Part shown: piece by piece, positions 9,001 through 18,410 of the stretch | Layout of the letters: every line of letters starts with the position of its first letter | Numbering within the stretch: the first letter of the stretch is position 1 | Assembly: GCA_022791675.1 (NCBI GenBank) | Contig: JAAVZN010000002.1 | Location: 1 to 40,000, forward strand | Source of the DNA: Clostridia bacterium | GTDB taxonomy: Bacteria; Bacillota; Clostridia; TANB77; CAG-508 | Reading direction: 5' to 3' | DNA: 40,000 bases | Notes under the pieces: model-generated | What the model was told of the DNA's origin: nothing | Seen by the model: only the letters and a program-made list of their open reading frames with translations | Database searches by the model: none | Made by a program: the position numbers and the translations under genes

Positions 9001-9696
9001 TAGAGGTTGAACAAACAGAAGTTGAAAAAATAGAAAAGATGCTAAATGAGAAATATTTGTATGAATTATCAACAAAAATACCAACTAAGTCATCTGTTAC
9101 AAAATTGAAAACAAGTAAAGATACATCAATGGAAATTAGTTTTCCGATTCCTAACTTTATGCGGAAAACAAGAAGAAATAAAATTAACAGGCGCGCAAAA
9201 AGGGACATTACTTCATTTGTGTATGCAAAAGTTAGAACTAGACAAAGAATATGATTTAAAGCAAGTAAAAGAGTTGATCGATTGTTTGGTAAAAAAAGAA
9301 ATTATATCACAAAAAGAAGCAGAAAACGTGAATGCTAGTGCGATTCTAAAATTTACAAAATCTCATATCTGGGAAGAAATGAAACAGGCAAAAGAGATAC
9401 AAAGAGAAAAACCATTTTATATGACAATACCAGCTAAGGAAGTATTTGGAGAAGAAGTAGAAGAAAAAATTTTAGTACAAGGAATGATTGATTTATTTTA
9501 TATCAACCAACATGGAGAGTTGATTTTAGTGGATTATAAAACTGATTTTGTTTCATCTGAAATAGAATTGGTTAACAAGTATAAAGAACAACTAGAACTT
9601 TATAAAAAAGCATTAGAAGAAGCACTGCAAAAAAAAGTTAAACATATATGGATTTATTCGACTTTTTTGGGAAAAACAGTGGAAGTATTGAAATAA
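6096..9696 (+). CDS. addA: Helicase-nuclease AddA (UvrD-like helicase plus RecB-type nuclease domain); the frame is interrupted at 9162
   Basis: The N-terminus is [35 protein letters not shown]. The C-terminal nuclease domain (GMIDLFY..LVDYKTD) lies in the +1 frame as the ORF at 9217-9696. Dropping C9162 joins them (FM-G-KQEEIKLTGAQKGTLLHLCMQ). Confidence 0.9.
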
Positions 9697-9749
9697 TAGG
9701 CGAAATCTGCTATAATATAACTAGTTTTAGCTTAAGGGGGATTGTGAAA

Positions 9750-10217
9750 ATGAGTGCATTACAAAAAATTGGAGTATGGATATTTATTTTAGTCGCTATG
9801 TTTATTCTTTCAGATTTTTTGATTCATGTAGGACTAAATTCTACATACAGAGATATTGTAAGAAAGGACAATGATTCTGAAATTGTTGTTTACCAAGCAG
9901 AGGCAACTTATGCGAATGGAAGAATTAGAGGATTCATAAAAGAGCCTCATAAAGAAAAAGGAAAATATATAAAATTTGAATTATATTCGAAAAGAGATGT
10001 ATTAGTAGGAAAAAGTTATGTTGAAATTAGTAAAACAGAATTACAAGATACACAATCTTTTGAGTTGCTTTTTAGAGCCAAAGATGTAGCTTATTATAAA
10101 CTTGAAATAGTTGATCAGAAAGAATCTGGAGATGAATTGGAAGTCTTACCAAGAGAGTGGACAAGACCAGAAGTTGTTTTGACAACAATTATGATGATGT
10201 TGATTTTCTGGGGGTAA
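9750..10217 (+). CDS. Hypothetical membrane protein (N- and C-terminal hydrophobic helices)
   Basis: The ATG at 9750 follows the RBS aaggggg. The upstream part of the tracked ORF overlaps the addA end and is probably not translated. Confidence 0.6.
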   Translation: MSALQKIGVWIFILVAMFILSDFLIHVGLNSTYRDIVRKDNDSEIVVYQAEATYANGRIRGFIKEPHKEKGKYIKFELYSKRDVLVGKSYVEISKTELQDTQSFELLFRAKDVAYYKLEIVDQKESGDELEVLPREWTRPEVVLTTIMMMLIFWG

Positions 10218-10223
10218 CAAAAC

Positions 10224-10260
10224 AAGAAAAGACAAGGAATATGCCTGGTCTTTTCTTTTT
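10224..10260. terminator. Bidirectional intrinsic terminator between convergent genes
   Basis: The arm aagaaaagacaagg pairs with cctggtcttttctt (13 of 14 pairs), flanked by T and A runs. Confidence 0.6.
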
Positions 10261-10279
10261 CTAGGAAAAAATGTAGTTA

Positions 10280-11986
10280 TTAATTTTTATCTTTCGGATT
10301 AACAAAAAGAGTTTTGTTTTGTGTATAAATTACCATACCAGGTTTGGCGCTATTTGGTTTTTTTACAAATTTGACTTGGCAAAAATCAACAGGAACATGA
10401 GATGAATTTTTAGCTTTACTGTGAAAAGCAACGATTTCAGCACATTTTAGTAAAATTGACTGCTCTACCTCAGTGTTAGTGGGAAGTTGTAAAATAGCAT
10501 GACTGCTAGGAATATCTTTGGTGTGAAACCACAAATCTGTTTTTTGGGCATATTTTAATGTTAAATAGTCGTTTTCTTTATTATTTCTTCCAACTAACAA
10601 AGTGTAACCATCAATTTTATATTTTAAAGGATTAAAGGAAACATTTTTATTTTTGGTAAGAGAAGATTTTTTTACTTTTGCTTTTTTGGGTTTGGCTAGA
10701 TGCTGAGTTTTTTCTTTAAAAATTACATGTTCTGAGATTTCTTCAAAAATTTCTGAAACTTCTTCCATGGACCTACAATTTTCTAGTTCATAAACAATGC
10801 TTTCAATATAACTTAATTCTTTCAAAGTTTCTTCTTTTTGCAAACTTACAATCTCTAAGGTGTTTTTTAGTTTTTGATATTTTTTAAAAAAACGTTTTGC
10901 ATTGATCGAAGGCGTGTATCGACAATCCAAAGGAATGGTGATTTCCTCATTATTATAGTAGTTTGTAAGACGAATTTCATTTGTATTTTCGTTTTTGATT
11001 TGATATAAATTCGCAATGATTAGTTCTCCATATAATTGATATTGCTCCATGTTTTCACAAGAAGCTAATTTTTCGTTAATATGAAGTAATCTGGTTTTGT
11101 ATTTTTTGAGTAAATCTAAAATGATTTTCAAAATACTATCTCGGGTGCTTTTAAATTCTTGCAAATTTTCTTTTTCATCATAAAAATCATCAAGAAAAAA
11201 GTTAAGATGAAATGGTTTGGAATTGGCGGTTTCGATTAAAAAATAATCTTTTTTCTTATCATTTATGATTTGAAATTCTAAAGAATTACCATCTGTTTTG
11301 TCAATTATTTTCTTGGTATATTCATACATTGTTTTTAAGGTGGCTTGGTTTAATTCTGCTAGATTAAGATGTTTCAAAGAAGCTTCTATAAATGTTTTAC
11401 TAATTCCATTAAATGTCTCATGAATTAGCTGATTGGAAGATAGTTTTTGATAAAAATCTTCAAAAGTTGGGCAATCTAAAAAATTAAATTTATTGGTAGT
11501 TGGATAAGTATATTTGACATGAGGAACGATTGCTCTTGTGCTATCTTCGTTATGAATATGCCTTAGACTGTCAATGATAACATTTTGATCATCTAGTAAA
11601 ATGACATTACAGTGTTTTCCCATTAATTCAATGATGAGTCTTTTGGAGATGATATCATCGACATCGTCAAAACCTTCTAAATCAATTATAATTAATCTTT
11701 CTAAGTGATTGGTAATGATATTTTTGATGCGTAATCCTAATAGATGCTTGCGAAGTACCATACAAAAGTTAGGTGCAATTTTAGGGTTAGGTTTTGGGTG
11801 AGTAGTTAGATGAACTCGATAGTTTGAAGAATCTACACAGATATTCAATAAATAGTTTGTTCCATCAAAATAAAAACCTAACAAAATGGTGTTTTTGTTT
11901 GGTTGAAATATTTTATCAATTCTTGCTCCAGATAAAGTTTGTAGTTCGGAAGCAATTGCTTTTGTTACAATTCCATCATAAGCCAT
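10280..11986 (-). CDS. rqcH: NFACT-family ribosome quality control protein RqcH (fibronectin-binding protein A-like)
   Basis: The product starts MAYDGIVTKAIASELQ and ends with an NFACT-R/DUF814 region (GYTLLVGRNNKENDYLT..DLWFHTKDIPSSH). An RBS (ggagag) precedes the ATG at 11986. Confidence 0.9.
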   Translation of the reverse strand: MAYDGIVTKAIASELQTLSGARIDKIFQPNKNTILLGFYFDGTNYLLNICVDSSNYRVHLTTHPKPNPKIAPNFCMVLRKHLLGLRIKNIITNHLERLIIIDLEGFDDVDDIISKRLIIELMGKHCNVILLDDQNVIIDSLRHIHNEDSTRAIVPHVKYTYPTTNKFNFLDCPTFEDFYQKLSSNQLIHETFNGISKTFIEASLKHLNLAELNQATLKTMYEYTKKIIDKTDGNSLEFQIINDKKKDYFLIETANSKPFHLNFFLDDFYDEKENLQEFKSTRDSILKIILDLLKKYKTRLLHINEKLASCENMEQYQLYGELIIANLYQIKNENTNEIRLTNYYNNEEITIPLDCRYTPSINAKRFFKKYQKLKNTLEIVSLQKEETLKELSYIESIVYELENCRSMEEVSEIFEEISEHVIFKEKTQHLAKPKKAKVKKSSLTKNKNVSFNPLKYKIDGYTLLVGRNNKENDYLTLKYAQKTDLWFHTKDIPSSHAILQLPTNTEVEQSILLKCAEIVAFHSKAKNSSHVPVDFCQVKFVKKPNSAKPGMVIYTQNKTLFVNPKDKN

Positions 11987-12053
11987 AATTATTTTCTCTC
12001 CTTTATGCTTATGATTATAACATAGTTTAAGGAAAAAAGAAAGAAGCCCAAGT

Positions 12054-12362
12054 TTAGGCTTCTTTCTTATACTCATTTTCCAGCCACCATATGGCTTCTA
12101 TGATGGCTAACCGATCATGAGGAGATAAATTCTCCCCCTGTTTTGTTTCTATTGCTTTCTTTCCTCTGATACTAGAGGTTAAGAAAACAATATCTACAAA
12201 TAAAGTAGAAGAAAGTGTAGTTTCTAGCAAAAACTGATCTGGATTCTCATCGTATCTGGAGATAGAATATTTTATATGTTCTATCTCAAATTCTTTCAAC
12301 AAAGTTACTTCTGGTAAGTCGTTTTCCCGTCCGATCATTTTTAACAACTCTCTATGACTCAT
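12054..12362 (-). CDS. Hypothetical protein (102 aa)
   Basis: The ATG at 12362 is preceded by the RBS ggaggaaaac. I recognise no family. It contains two in-frame CGG codons (12329-12327 and 12113-12111). Confidence 0.5.
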   Translation of the reverse strand: MSHRELLKMIGRENDLPEVTLLKEFEIEHIKYSISRYDENPDQFLLETTLSSTLFVDIVFLTSSIRGKKAIETKQGENLSPHDRLAIIEAIWWLENEYKKEA

Positions 12363-12560
12363 GTTTTCCTCCTGTGCCTCTGTGGGCTGAAATGAGTTAT
12401 TGGTTACTAAGGCAATATTGCCCATACCATAATTAACATAAAAAAGCAAATGGAGTGAATTTTAAGAGTTAAGAAAAATAAAATAGATGAAAAAAATCAT
12501 TGCTAATTAAACAATAAAATGATATGATAAACAAGAAGAAAAAGAAAGGAAGAAGAAAAA

Positions 12561-14477
12561 TTGAAAAAAGTAAGGATATGTCTGATGATTGCAATCATAA
12601 CAATCATGACAATGGTGAAACCAGTGCAAGCAACTTCTAGTGACTTACGAATCAATCATTTGGACTTTCAAGTACAAATCAATGTAGATGGAAGTATGAA
12701 GGTAACTGAAAAATGGAACATCAAAATAAATGATACCAATACTTTATATAAAACATTTCAAACAGACAAAAGTAAATATACAGAAATAACAAATGTAGAA
12801 GTAACCGATTTAACAGAAGGATTCAATAAACCGCTTCGACCAACAAACCAATGGAGTTATCACTTGCCACAAGGAAATTATTATGGAGGATTGAATCAAG
12901 ATAACCAATTTGAAATTGCATGGGGAGTAGGACTAGAAAACCGAACAGCTACCAAAGTTTATGAAATAGCCTACCTAGTAAAAGATGCAGTAGCAAAATA
13001 CAATGACTATGCTGAATTATATTGGCAATTTGTGGGGAAAGATTTTGAAATTGATGCCAAAAACATAACAGGGACAATTACTCTACCAAATCATGTAGCA
13101 AGCAAAGATGACATTAAAGTGTGGGGACATACCGAAGATCTAAATGGAGAAATTTATGCAACAGATACCAACAAAATAGAATTCCATCTTGAGCCATTTC
13201 GTGCAGGAAGATATGTAGAAATAAGAACATTATTTCCAAGTCAAATGATCGAAAATACCAAACGAGGAGGAAATACCGAAAGATTAGAAACTGTAATACA
13301 AGAAGAAACAACTTGGGCAAATCAAGCCAATAACAGAAGAAAAATGAAAGAAACAACAAAGCAAATTCTTGCTATTACAATTAATATAGGAGCGATTATT
13401 TTAACAATATTTTGCATAAAATCCATTTTAAAAACTAGAAAAAAAATAAAAACAAGTAAAAAATTAAAACCAACTTTTGAAATTCAATATTTTAGAGAAA
13501 TGCCAAGAGAAGAAGCCACACCGGCAGAAGCATTAAAAGTATTAAAACAACAATTAAATGGAGTGAATCATAGTATTTGGTTAGGAAACATTGTCTCTGC
13601 CACATTATTAAACTTAAGTATCAAGAAAATAATTGATTTTGAAGTACAAGATAAAATAATAACCATTCAAATTTTAAAACAAAATTCAGAAGAATTAGAA
13701 AAACAAAAAGATGAAAAGGCAATTTTTGAATTTTTAAAGAAAGCAATTAAAAATGGTGATGGAAAAATTACCATGAAACAATTAGAAAAATATATTAGAA
13801 AATCACAAACTGAAGTTTTAAAATTGGGAACACAGATTGATACCTTTGCAGAACAATCTTTGTATGAAAAAGAATTAGGGGACAAAGAAGGAAACAAGCA
13901 AAAAAATGAATTAACCGTTTATATTATTTTATTAGCCATTATGATACCAATTATGATTGGAATTTTTGTTATGTTAGCAACATTTTCAATGATGGCATTT
14001 GGAATAATCCCATTAGGAATAGCCATGATCATTCAGCTCATAATGTATTGTATACAATCTAGTAAAACCAATGTATTAACAAAGCAAGGAATTGATGAAC
14101 AGGCAAAATGGAAAGGGTTAAAAAAATACATGGAAGATTTTTCTATGTTAGATAAAAGGGAAGTACCAGAAATTGTGATTTGGGAAAAGTTTTTAGTTTA
14201 TGCAACAGTATTTGGAATAGCAGATAAAGTTTTAAAACAATTAAAGATTGTTTATCCAAATTTAGAGGAACAATTTGGTAGGAATCATTATGGAACGATG
14301 TATTTGATGTTAAATACCAATTTTTCAAGTAGCTTTTCCAATGCTATTTCAACCTCGATGTCGACAGCTTATTCTTCTGCCACAGGAGGTGGCGGAGGAT
14401 TCTCAGGCGGAGGCCGGAGGTCGGACGGAGGACGGCGGTGGTGGAGGCGGAAGATAAAATCCGTCTTCCAAACCTGA
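12561..14477 (+). CDS. DUF2207-family membrane protein; its Gly-rich C-terminal tail is disturbed by four in-frame CGGs
   Basis: It has a TTG start with a signal peptide (MKKVRICLMIAIITIMTMVKPVQA), an extracellular DUF2207-like N-domain and several TM segments. The tail is ..SSATGGGGGFSGGG. With +1 shifts at each CGG the tail becomes poly-Gly-R and stops at 14455-14457. Confidence 0.85.
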   Translation: MKKVRICLMIAIITIMTMVKPVQATSSDLRINHLDFQVQINVDGSMKVTEKWNIKINDTNTLYKTFQTDKSKYTEITNVEVTDLTEGFNKPLRPTNQWSYHLPQGNYYGGLNQDNQFEIAWGVGLENRTATKVYEIAYLVKDAVAKYNDYAELYWQFVGKDFEIDAKNITGTITLPNHVASKDDIKVWGHTEDLNGEIYATDTNKIEFHLEPFRAGRYVEIRTLFPSQMIENTKRGGNTERLETVIQEETTWANQANNRRKMKETTKQILAITINIGAIILTIFCIKSILKTRKKIKTSKKLKPTFEIQYFREMPREEATPAEALKVLKQQLNGVNHSIWLGNIVSATLLNLSIKKIIDFEVQDKIITIQILKQNSEELEKQKDEKAIFEFLKKAIKNGDGKITMKQLEKYIRKSQTEVLKLGTQIDTFAEQSLYEKELGDKEGNKQKNELTVYIILLAIMIPIMIGIFVMLATFSMMAFGIIPLGIAMIIQLIMYCIQSSKTNVLTKQGIDEQAKWKGLKKYMEDFSMLDKREVPEIVIWEKFLVYATVFGIADKVLKQLKIVYPNLEEQFGRNHYGTMYLMLNTNFSSSFSNAISTSMSTAYSSATGGGGGFSGGGRRSDGGRRWWRRKIKSVFQT

Positions 14478-14513
14478 ATTTCAAAAAAGAAACAAAAGAA
14501 AGGGAGGAAAAAC

Positions 14514-16251
14514 GTGAACCAAGAAGAATTATATGAATTATTAAATCATATACCAGTAACGGCTGACAATGCTGGACTAATGGAGGAGATTAGACAAGAA
14601 TTAGAAAAAAAGCATTATGCAGTAGCTTTGGAAAAAATTGAAAAATTAGGAAAAAGAAAAAAGAAGAAACTTGCCGTAAAAAGTACAGAGGGAAATGAGG
14701 AGGAAGAAGAAGAAGAAAAAAATGTAGTAGGCATGTTTCCTAAAGAATTAAGCAATAAAAAATTAGAACGTCAATACATTGGATTACTTCTAACAGATCC
14801 AAGATATATTATTAAATATTTTTATTTATTTGAAGAATGTTACTTTGAAGATCCAGAATTATTAAATATTTATAAAAGTGTAATCTTTACAGAAGGTGGA
14901 GCCTATAGCTCAGAGCTAGCCAAAAAAGGATTTAACTTTTCCAGAGATACCGAACATGTATATGAACTAAAAACCATATTAAAACGAGAAGTAAGAGATA
15001 AAAATTACAATATGGAAAAGATTTATATTGATTTAAAAAAATTATTTGTACTAAGAAGAAGCTTTTTAGCTATTCCCATTCAAAACATTCAAGATAGAGT
15101 AATGGAAATAAAAGAATATCAGTTATATGACAAAATGTCAGTAGAAGAAGTAGAAAATGCAGTAATACAAGTAAATGATACTGAAAAATTTAAAAGAGCA
15201 GTTTTAAATGAAGGTTTAAGTAGCTTTTTAGAGTTGGGAGATAACAATTTAACCAATGGATTATCACTTCCTTTTCCAGTCTTAACACGGTGTATTTAAA
15301 GGGATTAGAAAAGGAGAAACTATGGCTTTTGCTATGCCATCAAATGCTGGAAAAAGTAGATTTACCATGAATATAGCTTCTCATACAGCATTAGTACATA
15401 AAAAGAAAGTACTCATTATTTCCAATGAAATGTCAGAAGAAAAAATGCGATTATGCTTAATTACTACCATCTTAAACAACAAAGAAATCCAAAAAGTACA
15501 TGGTGTTAAAATATCAAAAACAGAAGGAGAATTGTTGGAATTCAAGTTCAGACCAGATGATCCAAAAGAAGTAAAAGTAGATGAAGAAGGATTTGCATTA
15601 AAAGAAGAAAAAGAAACACAAAAAGATTTTGCCAAAAGATTGTTAGAAATTTCAAAAGAATTTCGTGATGTCATTCAAGTTACCAATTGGGTGGATCAAC
15701 AAATCAAAAATTCCATCTATTTTATCAACATTACCGATCATACCAATGACGAGTTAAAAAAAGTTATTATGAACTATTATTACAAAGAAAAAATCGAATA
15801 TGTATTTTATGATACCTTAAAAACAGATACAGCCAATATTGGAATAGGAGAAGAATTAAAGAAGACAGCAACCATTTTAGCCAATATTGCTCAAAACTTT
15901 GGAATCTATATTTGTTCCACCTTGCAATTAGCAGAAAGCAACACATTGCCCGTTAATTTAACAGTAAATGATTTAGCAGTAAGCAGAACAGTAAAAGAAG
16001 TATTAGATACTTTATCATTAATCAAACAAATCAATCGAGACACGTTGCAAAATTATGAATATTCTTTCAACGAAGTAGACACCAAATTTTATGATTTACA
16101 AAAATATGACGATCCAGATGTTCGCTATTATTCTTGTGTTGTTGACAAAAACAGAGCAGGAGCTAAACCCACTTTACTTTTTCGTTTAAATTTAGCCTAT
16201 AATGTTTGGGAAGAATTAGGATATTTAAGATTAAAACAAGGCAGGGATTAG
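14514..16251 (+). CDS. Divergent DnaB-like helicase; the frame is interrupted at 15288
   Basis: A GTG start follows the RBS agggagg. The N-terminal part has a DnaB-N-like region (LERQYIGLLLTDP..). The second ORF (15322-16251) carries the P-loop PSNAGKSRFTMNIA and a RecA-like core. Dropping C15288 gives GLSLPFPVLTGVFKGIRKGETMAFAMPSNAGKS. Confidence 0.8.
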
Positions 16252-16278
16252 AGGGACGTTCCTTAAAATCCCTGTTTT
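16242..16278 (+). terminator. Intrinsic terminator after the DnaB-like gene
   Basis: The arm cagggatt (16242-16249) pairs with aatccctg (16267-16274), followed by tttt. Confidence 0.6.
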
Positions 16279-16343
16279 AAGGATTCTAAATTTTTTGGTA
16301 AATGAAATAAGTGGAAATTATACAAGCAAAAAAGGAAAAATAA

Positions 16344-17124
16344 ATGGAGAATAAGGATAAGTTTAATTTGAAAAAAATAATACCAATAGTGGCAATTATC
16401 ATAGTAATCATCATTTCAATGGGATTTATTATGGCTCATAAAAAAGAAAAAAAGCAAGAAAAAACGATAGAAACATTTTCTCAAGTTGTGAAAAAAAAGC
16501 ATAATAATGTATTAACAGTAGAATTAAAAAGACGAGAAATTGAAAGTAAAATAACAGATTGGAATTTGATATTAATCAATAAGGAGCATTATATACCAGA
16601 AGATTATCCTTTTACATTGCAAGAGATAGAAGATGGAAATCAAGTAGATAGCAGAATCGTCAAACCATTAGAACAAATGTTGTCAGATGCTAGAAAACAG
16701 GGGTTAAAGCCATATATTTGCTCGAGTTATCGAACATTCGATACACAAACTACACTTTTTAATCGAAAATGGAGTGAATATAAAAGATTAGGATATGAAC
16801 AAGAAGAAGCGAAGCAAAAAGCTTCTTATTGGGTAACATTACCACGGAACAAGTGAACATGAAATTGGATTAGCTGTTGATATTGTATCAGATAGGTATC
16901 AGACATTAGATAAAAAACAAGAAAATACGCCAGTACAAAAGTGGTTGATGGAACACTGTGTTGATTATGGTTTTATTTTAAGATATCCAACCTACAAAAA
17001 AGATACTACGAAGATAAATTATGAACCTTGGCATTATCGTTATGTGGGAGTGGAGAATGCTAAATTTATGCAAGAAAAAAATTTTTGTTTAGAAGAATAT
17101 ATCGAATACTTAAGCAAGGATTAG
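16344..17124 (+). CDS. M15-family D-alanyl-D-alanine carboxypeptidase (VanY-like), membrane anchored; the frame is interrupted at 16845
   Basis: It has an N-terminal TM segment and CSSYRTFDTQTTLF. After C16845 is dropped it reads WVTLPGTSEHEIGLAVDIV..YGFILRYP..EPWHYRYVG, the metal-binding motifs of the VanY/M15B family. Confidence 0.85.
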
Positions 17125-17259
17125 GAAGTTGTCTTGATACTTGCTATTAATTTTAATGAATTAAATTATGTAAAAATGCTAGTAAGAAAAAGAATGGTTT
17201 AGGCTGTTCTTTTTTTATTGTTTATGATAGAATAAGAAAAAAAGAAAGAAGGAAGAAAA

Positions 17260-18378
17260 ATGAGTAAAAAAGGAATCGGGATAATCCTAGTAGTGATTGT
17301 TATTAGTATAATTGGAGGAAGCAGTTATTGGCTTTATAAAAATAAAAAGATGACTCCAAATAAGCCAGAAGAAGTGATACAGAAAGACAGTATAACACAA
17401 AATGTAGAGATGAAAATGGTATTATCTTTGGAAGATAAAATAACAGAAAATAGCAGTTGGTGTGGAACATTTAACCTGATATGGAATGACTTGAAAAATG
17501 ATATAGCTAAGCAAGACATTGTATTAAAACCTCAATTAGACATGGTAAAAAACTTAAACAAAGGAACCTTTAACACTTCGTATTTATCAGAAGATAGTTA
17601 TTATAAAATTTATGGTATGCCAAGTTTGGCGTTAAAAGAAGAAATTGAAAAAGCAATTCAAGAAAAGTTTAAGGAAACAAGCGATATTTTAAATGATTTT
17701 AATTGGGAAAATCATACTTCAAAAGCTTACTTTTTATATGCTATGTTAAAAAAACAATTTGAATTCCCAAAAGTATTTACGGAACTAGAAGAAGGGGAAT
17801 TTGGAACAACGAAACAGGTAAAATATTTTGGGATTGATAAAGATACAGAAGATGAAGTAAGAAGGCAAGTAGAAGTGTTATATTATAATTCTTCAAGTGA
17901 TTTTGCAATCCAATTATATACCAAGCAAAACGATGAAGTAATCATTGCACGAGGAAGGGAAGAAGAAACATTTGGAGAAGCGTACCAAAATATTGAGAAA
18001 AAAGCAGAAGAATATGAAGGAAATCGCAATTTTGAAAAAACAGATTACTTAAAAATACCAAATATTAAATTTAATTTAAAAGAAGAAATCCAAGAGCTAA
18101 AAAATCAGTATTTTGAATTAGCAAGTGGAGAAATTTATCAAATTGAACAAGCATTACAAACCATTCAATTTGAATTAGATAAAAAAGGTGGAAAAATCAA
18201 AAGTGAGGCAGGTATGATGATGGACAAAGCCATGATTATGCAACCAGAAGAACCAAGAGAATTTTTGGTTGATGATACTTTTATGATGTTCCTAAAAGAA
18301 GAAAATAAAGAATTGCCATATTTTGCAACCCAAATATCAGATATTAAGACAGTACAGAACAATTCATTTTATGATTAG
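17260..18378 (+). CDS. Membrane-anchored hypothetical protein, possibly serpin-like
   Basis: It has an N-terminal TM (GIGIILVVIVISIIGG). The C-terminal region QALQTIQFELDKKGGKIKSEAGMMM..REFLVDDTFMMFLKE..PYFATQISD resembles the serpin hinge and C-terminal strands. The family call is tentative. Confidence 0.6.
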   Translation: MSKKGIGIILVVIVISIIGGSSYWLYKNKKMTPNKPEEVIQKDSITQNVEMKMVLSLEDKITENSSWCGTFNLIWNDLKNDIAKQDIVLKPQLDMVKNLNKGTFNTSYLSEDSYYKIYGMPSLALKEEIEKAIQEKFKETSDILNDFNWENHTSKAYFLYAMLKKQFEFPKVFTELEEGEFGTTKQVKYFGIDKDTEDEVRRQVEVLYYNSSSDFAIQLYTKQNDEVIIARGREEETFGEAYQNIEKKAEEYEGNRNFEKTDYLKIPNIKFNLKEEIQELKNQYFELASGEIYQIEQALQTIQFELDKKGGKIKSEAGMMMDKAMIMQPEEPREFLVDDTFMMFLKEENKELPYFATQISDIKTVQNNSFYD

Positions 18379-18410
18379 AGAATGTGAGGAAAGGAAAGGA
18401 AAATAAAAAA

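Noticed and set aside
9165-9168. The addA frameshift as a homopolymer (A4) length error.
   Set aside because: Removing an A would also repair the frame (FMRKQEE..). But the identical C-before-GG lesion at the seven other sites, none of which lies in a homopolymer, makes the extra C at 9162 the more economical explanation. Both possibilities remain open.
11987-12449. Long N-terminal extensions of the rqcH ORF (to 12076) and of the 12054-12449 ORF, which would make the two genes overlap.
   Set aside because: Both have internal ATGs with good RBSs (11986 and 12362) that give canonical or compact N-termini. The extensions are hydrophobic junk without RBSs.
14514-17124. The DnaB-like helicase plus VanY-like peptidase as a prophage fragment.
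   Set aside because: No capsid, tail, terminase, integrase or lysis-cassette genes are adjacent, and the flanking genes are ordinary chromosomal ones. Phage origin cannot be excluded, but the sequence does not support it.
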